Part shown: positions 31,101 through 43,178 of the stretch, in pieces | Numbering within the stretch: the first letter of the stretch is position 1 | How the letters are laid out: each line of letters begins with the position of its first letter | Origin: Spirochaetaceae bacterium | GTDB lineage: Bacteria > Spirochaetota > Spirochaetia > DSM-2461 | Length of the DNA: 64,000 nucleotides | Assembly: GCA_965224705.1 (NCBI GenBank) | Contig: OZ245056.1 | Coordinates: forward strand, 1,248,001 to 1,312,000 | Direction of reading: 5' to 3' | Made by a program: the position numbers and the translations under genes | The notes under the pieces: model-generated | The model's database searches: none | What the model saw: only the letters and a program-made list of their open reading frames with translations | What the model was told of the DNA's origin: nothing

Positions 31101-32572
31101 TGACGGTAGTTCTTTCAGATGCCGATGCGGTGGCAGCAGCCAAAACAGCCCTGACTACCGCGGATATTACCTTTACCACAGGTGAAGATGCAAGTAAAGT
31201 AATTCAGGACATAACCTTGTCGGCCGCTGGCACTGACGGTACATCTATTACATGGGCCAGTAACAACGCGGCTATTGCCGTAGCAGGAACGGTTGGAACG
31301 GTTACCCGCCCAGACGCCTCTTCCGGTGATGCCACAGTGACCCTGACAGCGACTATCACCAAGGGATCCGCCACCGACACAAAGGCCTTCGTCCTCACCG
31401 TGCTCAAGGAGGAACCAATAGACATCGGAACACTCGGCAGCTTCACCATTTCCGTTGCTAACAAAACAGCAGAGACAAGCACCGAGGGCTCTCACAGCGT
31501 GACGGTAAATGGCGGTCTCAGTTCGGGAACCGACTACACCCTTTCCATAACGGATCCCCTTACTATCACGAATGCAGGGGTTATCACCATACCTAATACC
31601 TACACTTCAACAGGTACACATCAGATAACCGTAACGGCTACCGGCAAAGGCAACTACCTCGGCACAAAAACGGCAATCTTCACCCTTACGGTAGTTCTTT
31701 CAGATGCCGATGCGGTGGCTGCAGCCAAAGCAGCTCTGGATATAACCTACGGGGGAAGTGATAACGCAGGAAGCGTAACTCAGGACCTAACCTTGCCGAC
31801 CTCTGGCGATGAAGGGACAGCTATTTCATGGAGCAGCGACAACACGGCCATTGTTGCCGCAACGGGAGCGGTTTCCCGTCCAAGCGCCTCTTCCAGTGAC
31901 GCCGTGGTGACCCTGACAGCGACTATCACCAAGGGAACCGCCACCGACACAAAGACCTTCGTCCTCACCGTTGTTAAGCTGAAAACAGAAGCCGATATGT
32001 TCAGCTACGTCGATGCCGCAGACGGGGCGGTAACCCTTAATACTGAGCTATCTGCCCACGGAATAACGGTCACCGGAGGAAGTCCCAGTAATATAAAAAA
32101 AGTTTTCGGTGATGTATTTACCGACCCCAAAGACGAACAGGCTTCTTTGGAACTGGCTCTAATACACTTTCAGACTGCCCCCAGAAATGTGGGAGGACAT
32201 TGGGGGATTGATGATGCCAACAATGGTGATGGGATCTTCCTGAGCTATACATTTAGCACGCCGGTAAGTGTTGCCTCCGTTTTCTTATCTCCACGAAATG
32301 ATGAGGGTGGTAAATGGAGGGAAAGGGTGAACCCGGTGAGCATAGCACTATATGATACTAACGGCACAGAACTGGGGAGATTCAATCGAGCCCACACCGA
32401 TCCTAATAACGCGTGGGACTGGGTAACGCCCACCAGTAACTATAAAGGATATCAGACTACCCTGTTAACTCCGATAGAGGGGGTACACACATTGAAAGTG
32501 CTTATTGACGAAAATATTACTCCAAACAGTCCAACCCAGTTCAACTATTTCAATGTTGGGTTGGAATTTTAG
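28128..32572 (+). CDS. Large Ig-like repeat surface lipoprotein (~1480 aa), one frameshift at ~31095
   Basis: Lipobox ILIGC; 8 repeats of type LTLPT..ISWSS..VTRP..VTLTATITKG and 5 of type DIGTLGSF..TATGxGNY; unique C-terminal domain. AACCTCACC at 31091 versus AACCTTCACC in sister repeats joins the two ORFs. Confidence 0.85.
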
Positions 32573-32599
32573 CCTTGATGCAGGGGTTTTGGACATCAA

Positions 32600-32940
32600 T
32601 CTCTTGATCTGGGCTTTACCGAAAATAAAACATACTGGTTAAGCACCGAAAATGAAACAGTGTGAAGATGGCCCAGGTACTGGAAGTGCGTTTATATGGC
32701 TATTACCGTTGGATTCGCATGGGATGCCCTGACGAGAAGACGCGGGACAGGGAAATGATTGACGCTATAAGGCTTGTCCAGCAGGAAAACTCTTACAGAA
32801 CGGGTTCTCCCCGCGTGCATAAGGAACTAAAGAAAAAGGGGTATGGCATCGGTCACAACAAGGTGGCCCGCCTCATGAGTGAAAACGATTTAAGATGCCG
32901 CACTTAAAGAGCTTATATCAGAACGACCGTATCGGATCCG
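32600..32940 (+). pseudogene. IS3-family transposase fragment
   Basis: MAQVLEV..GYYRW...GSPRVHKELKKKGYGIGHNKVARLMSENDL is the OrfB N-terminal HTH; premature stop and no DDE domain. Confidence 0.8.
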
Positions 32941-33099
32941 GCAAATATGCTTAATGGAATATTGTAATTTTTCATTAAAGTTCAACTGTATTGCAAAAGA
33001 TAACACCAACCTGCTTTTTGTCAGCAGCATGGGGTTCGCCTCACTCGCCCCGTTAAAGCCTATGAGAAATAGGTGAATCGCATTCCAAAAGGTTAGCGA

Positions 33100-33226
33100 C
33101 AGGAACGGGACTGTAAAGTGATTATCGCCATCGCCGAAAAAATCCCGAACAACGTGCTCGAGGAAGATCCCAGGCTCCTCATGTGGTACGATCAGGCTGT
33201 AACACGTGTGGGGGGGGGGCGATTAA
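33100..33226 (+). pseudogene. C-terminal remnant of a DNA methylase, probably BREX type 3 PglXI-like
   Basis: Manual translation QERDCKVIIAIAEKIPNNVLEEDPRLLMWYDQAVTRVG resembles the C-terminus I recall for these methylases; not verified by search. Confidence 0.5.
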
Positions 33227-33260
33227 CTACAGATGGACACAGATTAAATGGAGAGAGAAT

Positions 33261-34667
33261 ATGTTAAAGAATTTGCGCATACAGAATTTTAAGGGGTGGA
33301 AGGATACAGCTTCTATTCGTATGGCCCCCATCTCGCTGTTTTTTGGGACCAACAGCTCAGGAAAATCCAGCATTGGACAGTTTCTGATGATGTTGAAACA
33401 AACCGTTGAATCTCCGGACCGTAAAGCTGTTTTCTATCCGGGCGGTAAGAACTCTGCTGTTCAGCTTGGTTCCTATCAGGAGATGGTCTTTCACCGTAAT
33501 CCGGAAAATAAAATCAGCTTTGAATATGATTGGTGTTTGTCTTCTTCCACTAAGTTTAAGGATCCCAACTCCGGCCAGTCATACACATATAATCAAGTTG
33601 CATTCAATGCTGAGGTTGGACCTGGAAATAAAGAGCAACACACCCGGGTAGTCGACAAATTCCAATACGAGCTAAAAGATTCAGATACTAAGAGCCTTTC
33701 TATCGGTATGGAAAGAAAAGCGGATTCAAAGGCAGAATATAAAGTTGATGCAACAGATTTTTCACTCAAACGCAATAAGGGTCGTGCCTGGTATCCCAGA
33801 GCACCTGTTCGTTTTTATGGATTTCCCGATGAAGTGGTTGCATACCACCAAAATGCTGATTTCGTTCAGAAATTGAATTTACAGCACGAAAAACTATTCC
33901 GGTCCATTTGCTATTTAGGTCCTCTACGTACAAAAGCGGAACGCTTGTATTCCTGGACCGGGATGGAACCCGAAAGTGTGGGCTATGCTGGTGAAAACAC
34001 CGTGGCGGCCATCTTAGCTGCTCGAACTCGAAGAATAAGTATGGGCTATAAAAAAGCAACAAAGCCCTTTGAACAAATCATTGCCATGAAACTAAAAGAG
34101 ATGGGCCTGATAGAGAAGTTTGAGGTTAACCCTATCTCTGAACAACGTCAGGAATATGAGGTTAAGGTTTGCACCAAAGGTTCAAGAGACTGGGTTGATT
34201 TACCCGATGTTGGTTTTGGTATTTCTCAGGTTTTGCCTGTATTGGTGCAGTGTTTCCATGCCCCGGCAAACTCCATTATTATTATGGAACAACCAGAGAT
34301 TCATCTTCATCCCAATGCGCAGTCGGCTTTGGCTGATGTAATGATTGATGTGATCAATTCCAGAGAAAATGGAAAAGACCGAAATATTCAGCTCATCATC
34401 GAGACTCATTCAGAACACTTCCTACGCAGGCTTCAGCGCAGGATCGCAGAGAATATCGTTTCTCAAGAAAAAATATCCGCCTATTTTGCCAATGTCAGCA
34501 GAACACCGGCCAAATTGGAACCATTGCAGATCGATATATTCGGAAGTATTCAAAACTGGCCGGAGAATTTTTTCGGTGATGAAATGGGTGATATTACCGG
34601 ACAGGCCAAAGCTGCCATGAAAAAACGGATGGAACAGAAATCTCAGAATACGAAGGTTTCTGAATGA
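33261..34667 (+). CDS. ABC-type/AAA ATPase with DUF3696-like C-terminus
   Basis: MLKNLRIQNFKG start, Walker A GTNSSGKS, DVGFGISQVLP, Walker B IIMEQPEIHLHP, H-loop ETHSEH and NWPENFFG tail. Confidence 0.88.
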   Translation: MLKNLRIQNFKGWKDTASIRMAPISLFFGTNSSGKSSIGQFLMMLKQTVESPDRKAVFYPGGKNSAVQLGSYQEMVFHRNPENKISFEYDWCLSSSTKFKDPNSGQSYTYNQVAFNAEVGPGNKEQHTRVVDKFQYELKDSDTKSLSIGMERKADSKAEYKVDATDFSLKRNKGRAWYPRAPVRFYGFPDEVVAYHQNADFVQKLNLQHEKLFRSICYLGPLRTKAERLYSWTGMEPESVGYAGENTVAAILAARTRRISMGYKKATKPFEQIIAMKLKEMGLIEKFEVNPISEQRQEYEVKVCTKGSRDWVDLPDVGFGISQVLPVLVQCFHAPANSIIIMEQPEIHLHPNAQSALADVMIDVINSRENGKDRNIQLIIETHSEHFLRRLQRRIAENIVSQEKISAYFANVSRTPAKLEPLQIDIFGSIQNWPENFFGDEMGDITGQAKAAMKKRMEQKSQNTKVSE

Positions 34668-35191
34668 GTTATCCGGATCTGTGTATAGTGGATACGAATG
34701 TTGCCAAAACGGCCAATCTTGCGACTCAGCCTGATCCAGAAACCAATTTTCCGGATGAGTGTATCAATGCTTGTGTTGCAGCCATTGAACATGTCATTCA
34801 AAAGAACGGTTTAGTCATTGATGCGGGAGATGAAATTTTTGATGAATATAGTCAGCAGCTTTCAATGGGCGGACAACCCGGCATAGGCGACAGTTTCATG
34901 AAGTGGGTGCATGATCATCGTTGGACTTTGCCGGAGTCTCAACGAGTTAAAATCACCAAGAATGTTGAATCATACGATGAGTTTCCTGAACATGAGGATT
35001 TAAATTCTTTCGATAAATCCGATCGCAAATTTGTGGCTGTTTCGAATGCACATTCAGGTAAACTAACTATTCTCCAGGCAACAGATAGTAAATGGTGGGG
35101 ATGGAAAGATGCGTTGATTCAATGCGGCATAGCGGTTCAATTTATATGCGAATGCTACATCCAGGCTAAATTTCAGGAGAAAATGGGATAA
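34664..35191 (+). CDS. PIN-like hypothetical protein
   Basis: CIVDTNV, FDEY, DKSDRKFVAV and ATDSKW give PIN-type acidic spacing; ATGA overlap with the ATPase. Confidence 0.65.
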   Translation: MSYPDLCIVDTNVAKTANLATQPDPETNFPDECINACVAAIEHVIQKNGLVIDAGDEIFDEYSQQLSMGGQPGIGDSFMKWVHDHRWTLPESQRVKITKNVESYDEFPEHEDLNSFDKSDRKFVAVSNAHSGKLTILQATDSKWWGWKDALIQCGIAVQFICECYIQAKFQEKMG

Positions 35192-35874
35192 TGAAAGACG
35201 ACTTCTTCAAATTCCCTTCAACACCTCATCTGGCCACACTTGAAGACGTGGAAGTCCGGGACAGCAAAGTTTTGTCCGAAGCAGAACGACTGGATTTCCT
35301 GAGACATGAAGTTGTTGTCGAAGAAAAAGTCGACGGTGCGAATCTGGGTTTATCCTTTAATTCAGAAGCTAATCTTTCCCTGCAAAACAGGGGAACTTAT
35401 TTACAAGTGTCGGGTGTGGGGCAATGGAAAAAAATGGAGCAATGGCTAAACCCTAAAATGGATGTGCTATTTGAAAGTATAACCGATCGTTTCATCCTTT
35501 TCGGCGAGTGGTGCTACGCACGGCATTCTGTTTATTACAACCGTTTACCTGACTTATTCCTGGGCTTTGACTTGTATGACAAGCAGGCTAAAAAATTTTT
35601 CTCAACTGAGAGAAGAGATAAATTATTCAAAGAAATGGGAATCTTTGGTGTCCCACAGATTGCTAAGGGCCAGTATAGCGTATCAGACATAGAAAACCTT
35701 TTAACTCAATCAAAAATTTCAGATGAACCTGCAGAAGGCTTATACCTCCGAATCGATCAAGAGAAATGGCTATTAAATAGAGCCAAGCTGGTTCGACCCT
35801 CTTTTATTCAGTCCTTAGAAGCACACTGGTCTTGTTCGGCAATCAAACCGAATCGCCTGGATTCAAATAGATGA
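35191..35874 (+). CDS. RNA ligase family nucleotidyltransferase (stand-alone adenylation domain)
   Basis: KFPSTPHL, motif I EEKVDGAN, III LFGEW, IIIa FLGFDLYD, IV EGLYLR and V RAKLV; TAATG overlap with the upstream gene. Confidence 0.85.
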   Translation: MKDDFFKFPSTPHLATLEDVEVRDSKVLSEAERLDFLRHEVVVEEKVDGANLGLSFNSEANLSLQNRGTYLQVSGVGQWKKMEQWLNPKMDVLFESITDRFILFGEWCYARHSVYYNRLPDLFLGFDLYDKQAKKFFSTERRDKLFKEMGIFGVPQIAKGQYSVSDIENLLTQSKISDEPAEGLYLRIDQEKWLLNRAKLVRPSFIQSLEAHWSCSAIKPNRLDSNR

Positions 35875-35974
35875 GAGATGCAAAGTGACTAAGTCTCAAA
35901 ACATCTGTGTTTATTCGTGTTCATCTGAAGAAAGCCGACAAGCAGGTGAATTTCACCGATGATGAGAGCAGGCA

Positions 35975-38443
35975 TTATGTTTCACGTGAAACAATATCAG
36001 GTACGACGGCTCCCTCTTCGCCTGGTTGCCGCACAATTCCGATCAATGAATCATCCTCATTAATATTCAGAATACGAACACCAAAAGCAGCCCGTCCCAT
36101 AACAGAGACCTGATCTACAGCAAATCGCAGGGCTTTCCCCTGTGCGGTTATACCGATACAACTGTCTATGTCTTTCACTGGAAGCAGGGCAACAACTTTT
36201 CCTGTCCGTTTATTCGGAGTATATGCCTTTTGCCCTCCGGTTCCTCTTCCATGAGAAAGAAATTCATCATTTCTCGTTCTTTTGCCATATCCCATTTCTG
36301 TTACAAGGAGCATCATTTCATGTTCTCGGACAGGGTAAACACCGATGATTTCATCCTCTTCTGCACATCTTATTCCCCTTACTCCTCTAGAAGCTCTTCC
36401 CATACAGCGTACAGACGATACGGGAAATCGCAACCCCTTCCCCTGGCGAGTTGCCAGAAAAAAGTCTTCCTCTCCTTTAACGAGTACGGCTTCAACAAGT
36501 CGGTCGCCCTCATCCAGATTGATGGCAATAATTCCCCTTGTACGTGCATTTCTAAAGTCGTATGTGGCCACTCTTTTAATCACACCCCTCCGAGTTGCCA
36601 TAATAAGCGTTGTCTCTTTATCAAAGCTCTCCAATGGAACCATTGCTGTAATATCTTCTTCTGGAGCAAATTCAAAAATTGTTTTCAGATGCTTTCCTCT
36701 ACTGTTTCGGGATCCTTCGGGTATCTCGAAAACCTTGATCCAGTACGCCTTGCCTTCAGAAGTGACAAAAAGAATATGTCTGTGTGTTGATGAAAGAAAA
36801 ACATGCTTGATGAAATCATCTTCCTTGAGATCACTGGTCCGGGCCCCTTTTCCGCCACGCCCCTGCTCCTTATATTCTGTTGCTGCAATTCTTTTGATAA
36901 AGCCCCGGTTCGATATAACAACAACAACATCCTCTTCTTCGATTAAATCTTCGAGATTCATCTGTAGAACTTCTTCGTGAACAATTTCCGTCTTTCTTGG
37001 TACTCCATACTTCTCTGCGATTTCCTCTGTTTCATTCTTTATTACTTTGAGGATTTTCTCCTCGCTGGCGAGGAGATCCTCCAGATAAGAAATAGTCTTC
37101 CGTACCTCTTCAAGTTCATCCAGGATTTTCTGTGCCTCAAGACTGGTCAGCTTTTGCAGGCGAAGATCAAGAATTGCCTGGGCCTGTTTCTCTGAAAACT
37201 GATACCTGCCCATAAGATTGGTGCGTGCCATAACGACGTTTTCAGACGTTTTTATTATTTCAACAATTGCATCGATGTTCTCAAGTGCTCTTTTTAAGCC
37301 GGATAGAACATGCTCCTTTTCCCTGGTTTTCGTTAAATCAAAAACACTTCGCCTTCGGACCACTTCCTGCCGATGCCTGACGAATTCGGAAAGCATCATT
37401 TTGAGATTAAGCAGCTCTGGTCTGCCATCAACAAGAGCAAGGTTATTGATACTGAAATTGACCTGGAGAGAAGTCTGAGAAAAAAGCTGGTTCATTACAA
37501 CTTTGGGACTTGCATTTCTTTTTAGCTCAATAACAATCCTTATTCCCTCTCGATCAGATTCGTCCCGTAAATCGGATATTCCATCAATTTTCCTGTCTCT
37601 GACAAGTGCCGCTATCCGCACCATCAAGGAAACCTTGTTTACCTGGTAAGGAAGCTCTGTAACGATGATGGCAAATCGATCATTCTTCATCTCCTCAAGT
37701 TCATAGCGAGCCCGAAGAACAACCTTGCCCCTGCCTGTATGGGCTGCCAGTTTGTATCCCATATCGCCATAGATCAAACCCTCTGTCGGAAAATCCGGGC
37801 CTTTTACATATCCAAGTAATTCGTTGATTGAAAGATCCGGGTTCTCAATCAAGGCCGCTATAGCTGATGAAATCTCCTTTACATTGTGGGGGGGCATATT
37901 GGTTGCCATTCCAACAGCAATGCCGCTGGCACCATTGATAAGTAGATTAGGAACGGCCGCCGGCAATACAAGTGGTTCCGTCATGGAATCATCATAGTTT
38001 GGACCGAAATCAACGGTTTCCTTCTTAATGTCTCGAAGCATGGGTTCTGCAATACTCGCCAGACGGGCTTCGGTGTATCGCATGGCCGCTGGCGGATCAC
38101 CATCGATGGATCCAAAATTTCCCTGCCCCTGAACCATTGGCACTCCAAGGGAGAAATCCTGTGCCAGTCGAACCAGTGCGTCGTAAATAGATTGATCCCC
38201 GTGAGGATGAAATTTGCCCAATACATCGCCGACAATGCGTCCACATTTCTTGTACGGCCTATCATGACGCAGACCCATTTCACTCATGGAGTAAAGGATC
38301 CGCCGATGCACAGGTTTCAGCCCATCGCGGACATCGGGTAACGCCCGGCTGACAATGACAGACATCGCATAGTTCAAATATGACTCTTTTACTTCATCCT
38401 CAATAGCAATGGGTATAACCCGGCTTTGTCCCTGTTCATTCAT
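35975..38443 (-). CDS. gyrA: DNA gyrase subunit A
   Basis: [28 protein letters not shown] and GyrA-box QGRGGKG. Confidence 0.97.
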   Translation of the reverse strand: MNEQGQSRVIPIAIEDEVKESYLNYAMSVIVSRALPDVRDGLKPVHRRILYSMSEMGLRHDRPYKKCGRIVGDVLGKFHPHGDQSIYDALVRLAQDFSLGVPMVQGQGNFGSIDGDPPAAMRYTEARLASIAEPMLRDIKKETVDFGPNYDDSMTEPLVLPAAVPNLLINGASGIAVGMATNMPPHNVKEISSAIAALIENPDLSINELLGYVKGPDFPTEGLIYGDMGYKLAAHTGRGKVVLRARYELEEMKNDRFAIIVTELPYQVNKVSLMVRIAALVRDRKIDGISDLRDESDREGIRIVIELKRNASPKVVMNQLFSQTSLQVNFSINNLALVDGRPELLNLKMMLSEFVRHRQEVVRRRSVFDLTKTREKEHVLSGLKRALENIDAIVEIIKTSENVVMARTNLMGRYQFSEKQAQAILDLRLQKLTSLEAQKILDELEEVRKTISYLEDLLASEEKILKVIKNETEEIAEKYGVPRKTEIVHEEVLQMNLEDLIEEEDVVVVISNRGFIKRIAATEYKEQGRGGKGARTSDLKEDDFIKHVFLSSTHRHILFVTSEGKAYWIKVFEIPEGSRNSRGKHLKTIFEFAPEEDITAMVPLESFDKETTLIMATRRGVIKRVATYDFRNARTRGIIAINLDEGDRLVEAVLVKGEEDFFLATRQGKGLRFPVSSVRCMGRASRGVRGIRCAEEDEIIGVYPVREHEMMLLVTEMGYGKRTRNDEFLSHGRGTGGQKAYTPNKRTGKVVALLPVKDIDSCIGITAQGKALRFAVDQVSVMGRAAFGVRILNINEDDSLIGIVRQPGEEGAVVPDIVSRET
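35978..35993. promoter_or_regulatory. parS centromere-like site
   Basis: Perfect palindrome TGTTTCACGTGAAACA, ~6 kb from oriC. Confidence 0.9.
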
Positions 38444-38453
38444 TGAGCAGCTC

Positions 38454-40367
<1,914 letters not shown>

Positions 40368-40442
40368 TTATCCTAAAAAGAAGACTTCCAATGCTACCAT
40401 TTATTTTTTTCAAAGTCTACTATTCATGTTCTATGGAGAGTT

Positions 40443-41831
40443 ATGATGGACAATGATTACAAGGTTTTCTGGGATGAAGCGACTCGTCAACTGTTGAAAG
40501 AGAATAAAATTAATCAGCAGGAATATGAAATGTGGTTTCTCAAAATGCTTTACACCGGTCAGGAGGGACATTCTCTTATTTTCAGCGTACCATCAAAGTT
40601 TTATCGAGATCAGGTAATATCCCGCTATCTTGTACTGGTGGAAGACCGATTATCAGAACTCTCCGGGTCGAACCTATCCTTGAAATTCGAAATAAGAAAT
40701 TCAAAAAATGATAGTTCGGACGGCGATACTGCGGAGAACCGAGTAATAAAAACCTCGTCTGCCAGGGATTCAACGGCTGATACTGATCAGGAGCGTAAGC
40801 CACACAGTCAACTCCGGGGAGATTATACATTTGATCAGTATGTTATTGGCAACAATAACTCATTTGCTGTCAGTGCAGCTCAAGCAATCAGCACTGCTCC
40901 TGGAAAGAAATACAATCCCTTCTTAATTTATGGCGGAGTTGGTCTGGGTAAAACTCATCTCATGCAGGCCATTGGCAGTCATATCCACTACTCAATGATC
41001 AAAAAAAAGGTTGTATATATTACTGCTGAAACGTTCATCAATGAATTTATTCAATCAATACAAACGAATACTCAACGTATCTTCAAGAATAAATACAGAA
41101 AAGTTGATGTTCTCCTTATCGATGATATCCACGATCTTCACGGTAAAAAAGAAACCCAGGAAGAACTCTTTCACACATTCAATGCATTGTACGATGCCAG
41201 AAAACAACTGGTATTCACCTGTGATAGACCTCCATCTGAACTCAAAAATTTCGCAAGCCGATTACAAAGCAGGTTTGATCTGGGATTGAATGTTGATCTT
41301 CAGCCTCCAAACTTTGAAACTCGATATGCAATACTGAATAAGAAACTGGAATCCATACAGGTTGATATTCCTGAGAAAGTAATCGATCTCATTGCCCGCA
41401 ATGTTACATCCAATGTTCGAGATCTTGAGGCTTCACTTACAAAGATGGCAGCTTACAGTGATCTGGTGGGTAAAAAGATTACCCTCGAGATAGCAAAACA
41501 TCAGTTAAAAGGTGTCTTCTCGGGGATTTTGAGTCCAAAAATAACCATAGATAGGGTACAAAGAGCTGTTTCTGAGTATTTTAACATTACACCTGCTGAT
41601 TTGAAATCAAAGAAACGAACAAAGCAGGTAACTTTTCCCCGACAAATCTCCATGTATATAATCAGGGAGATAACTGACTTCTCAACAACTGAAATCGGAT
41701 TAGAATTTGGTGGAAGAGATCATACGACTGTTATGCATTCCTGCCAGAGAATTGAGAATCGAATGAAGATCGACCCTACTATTGAGCCTTCAATTGCAAA
41801 CCTGATACGTACAATTAAAGAAAGTGGATAA
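40443..41831 (+). CDS. dnaA: Chromosomal replication initiator DnaA
   Basis: YNPFLIYGGVGLGKTHL, LLIDDI, QEELFHTFN and FGGRDHTTVMH motifs. Confidence 0.97.
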   Translation: MMDNDYKVFWDEATRQLLKENKINQQEYEMWFLKMLYTGQEGHSLIFSVPSKFYRDQVISRYLVLVEDRLSELSGSNLSLKFEIRNSKNDSSDGDTAENRVIKTSSARDSTADTDQERKPHSQLRGDYTFDQYVIGNNNSFAVSAAQAISTAPGKKYNPFLIYGGVGLGKTHLMQAIGSHIHYSMIKKKVVYITAETFINEFIQSIQTNTQRIFKNKYRKVDVLLIDDIHDLHGKKETQEELFHTFNALYDARKQLVFTCDRPPSELKNFASRLQSRFDLGLNVDLQPPNFETRYAILNKKLESIQVDIPEKVIDLIARNVTSNVRDLEASLTKMAAYSDLVGKKITLEIAKHQLKGVFSGILSPKITIDRVQRAVSEYFNITPADLKSKKRTKQVTFPRQISMYIIREITDFSTTEIGLEFGGRDHTTVMHSCQRIENRMKIDPTIEPSIANLIRTIKESG

Positions 41832-42055
41832 TCCGGGTATAACTCTTCATCCTGTGGATAACAGGGATAAATCTACTTTTTATACATTAATTATCCCCAC
41901 AATATCAACAAGTATTTTTCCATACAGTATAACATTTTAAATCGGTTTTTAATGTTTCCACAGCCCCTATTACTACTACTACTGATTATAAATAGATATG
42001 AGTAATGCCTGTCAATTCTTACATCAGGATGCACCACACCTTCTTATCCATACAA
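41820..42055. other. Replication origin (oriC)
   Basis: Perfect DnaA box TGTGGATAA at 41853-41861; near-matches at 41823, 41862, 41891, 41902 and 42044; box GTTTCCACA + GCCCC + TATTACTACTACTACT (DnaA-trios) at 41954-41983; AT-rich. Confidence 0.88.
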
Positions 42056-42056
42056 A

Positions 42057-42085
42057 TTGACTCTTTAATTATAATCGATTATTAT
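42057..42085 (+). promoter_or_regulatory. Putative sigma70 promoter of the RND genes
   Basis: TTGACT-17 bp-TATTAT ending 7 bp before the ATG at 42093 (possibly a leaderless transcript). Confidence 0.5.
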
Positions 42086-42092
42086 AAAACCC

Positions 42093-43178
42093 ATGTTCAA
42101 TATTAGAAAACTGAATCTCTCATTGCTGATACTGGCAGTAGTTTTAACATCCTGTTCACGTAAACCTGACAGCAATACAAACGCAACCTGGGAACCTCCT
42201 GAAGAGGGAACTCAAAGTCTTGCTGTAGAAGGTATTATGGTTAGCCGAGGATTTCTTGTTGAAAAAATTCAAAGTACTGGTGTTGTTGAAGGCATCAGGG
42301 AAGCCTGGGTTGTATCAGAGACAGAAGGTTTGATAAAAGAATTACATTTCAAACTTGGTGATTATGTAAGAAGTGATGAAGTGCTATTGGTCATTGAAAA
42401 TGATATCGCTGCGCAAAACCGTGATCTGGCCCAGGGACAATACAGGACAGCACAGTTGGAATTCCAGGCATCTGAGCAATCAAGAGAGAATGGAAGCATA
42501 TCTGAACTTCAATTCAGTCAGGTAACAGACCGGCTTCTTGCCGCAAAATCGGCGATGGTCGCAGCAGTCGATGCGTATGAGAATACCTTTCTCAAAGCTC
42601 CTTTTTCCGGAGCAGTTGCCACCAGAGGTAGTGGGCTTGATGTTGGAAACTATCTCTCCCGTGGAGTGAGGGTTGCCCGTATTGTTGATTATTCTTCTTT
42701 TCGATCTGAAATCAGTGTGGGAGAAGGGCAGATTCTGCTGATCAGGGAGGGATCGGTTGTAGAGGTAACAGGAAAGGATGGATTGACTCGAAATGGAAGA
42801 GTCAGTGCTGTATCAGCAGGCAGTGATGGAAGTACAGGGAGTTTTACGGTCGTGGTGGAGTGGGCCCCAATGGAAAACGACAGGCTTAAATCAGGTATGT
42901 CTGTGGACATTGCTATAGAGGTAAGCGGAGGAGTAGAAAAAATCATTGCTCCGGTTACGGCTGTCCGTTACCGTGGTGGTGAGAGTTTTGTTTATGTTGA
43001 TTCCAATGGTCAGGCTGAACCTCGTCTTATTGATCTTGGCAGCAGGCTGGGTGAAAGGATTGAAGTCCTCTCAGGTCTGGATGCTGGAGAAGTTATTATA
43101 ACCAGTAGACTGGCTTCAATAACACCGGGATATCCTGTTATAGCAACTGTTATAAACAGAGATGAAGGTACTGAATGA
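42093..43178 (+). CDS. RND efflux periplasmic adaptor subunit (lipoprotein)
   Basis: Lipobox LTSC; LKAPFSG, LKSGMSV and EVLSGL.AGE motifs. Confidence 0.9.
   Translation: MFNIRKLNLSLLILAVVLTSCSRKPDSNTNATWEPPEEGTQSLAVEGIMVSRGFLVEKIQSTGVVEGIREAWVVSETEGLIKELHFKLGDYVRSDEVLLVIENDIAAQNRDLAQGQYRTAQLEFQASEQSRENGSISELQFSQVTDRLLAAKSAMVAAVDAYENTFLKAPFSGAVATRGSGLDVGNYLSRGVRVARIVDYSSFRSEISVGEGQILLIREGSVVEVTGKDGLTRNGRVSAVSAGSDGSTGSFTVVVEWAPMENDRLKSGMSVDIAIEVSGGVEKIIAPVTAVRYRGGESFVYVDSNGQAEPRLIDLGSRLGERIEVLSGLDAGEVIITSRLASITPGYPVIATVINRDEGTE

Noticed and set aside
33183..33260. Longer start for the ATPase
   Set aside because: It crosses the methylase remnant and the G10 tract; MLKNLRIQNFKG is the typical family N-terminus.
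41968..41983. (TAC)n microsatellite as a contingency locus
   Set aside because: Its position after a DnaA box and GC spacer identifies it as DnaA-trios.
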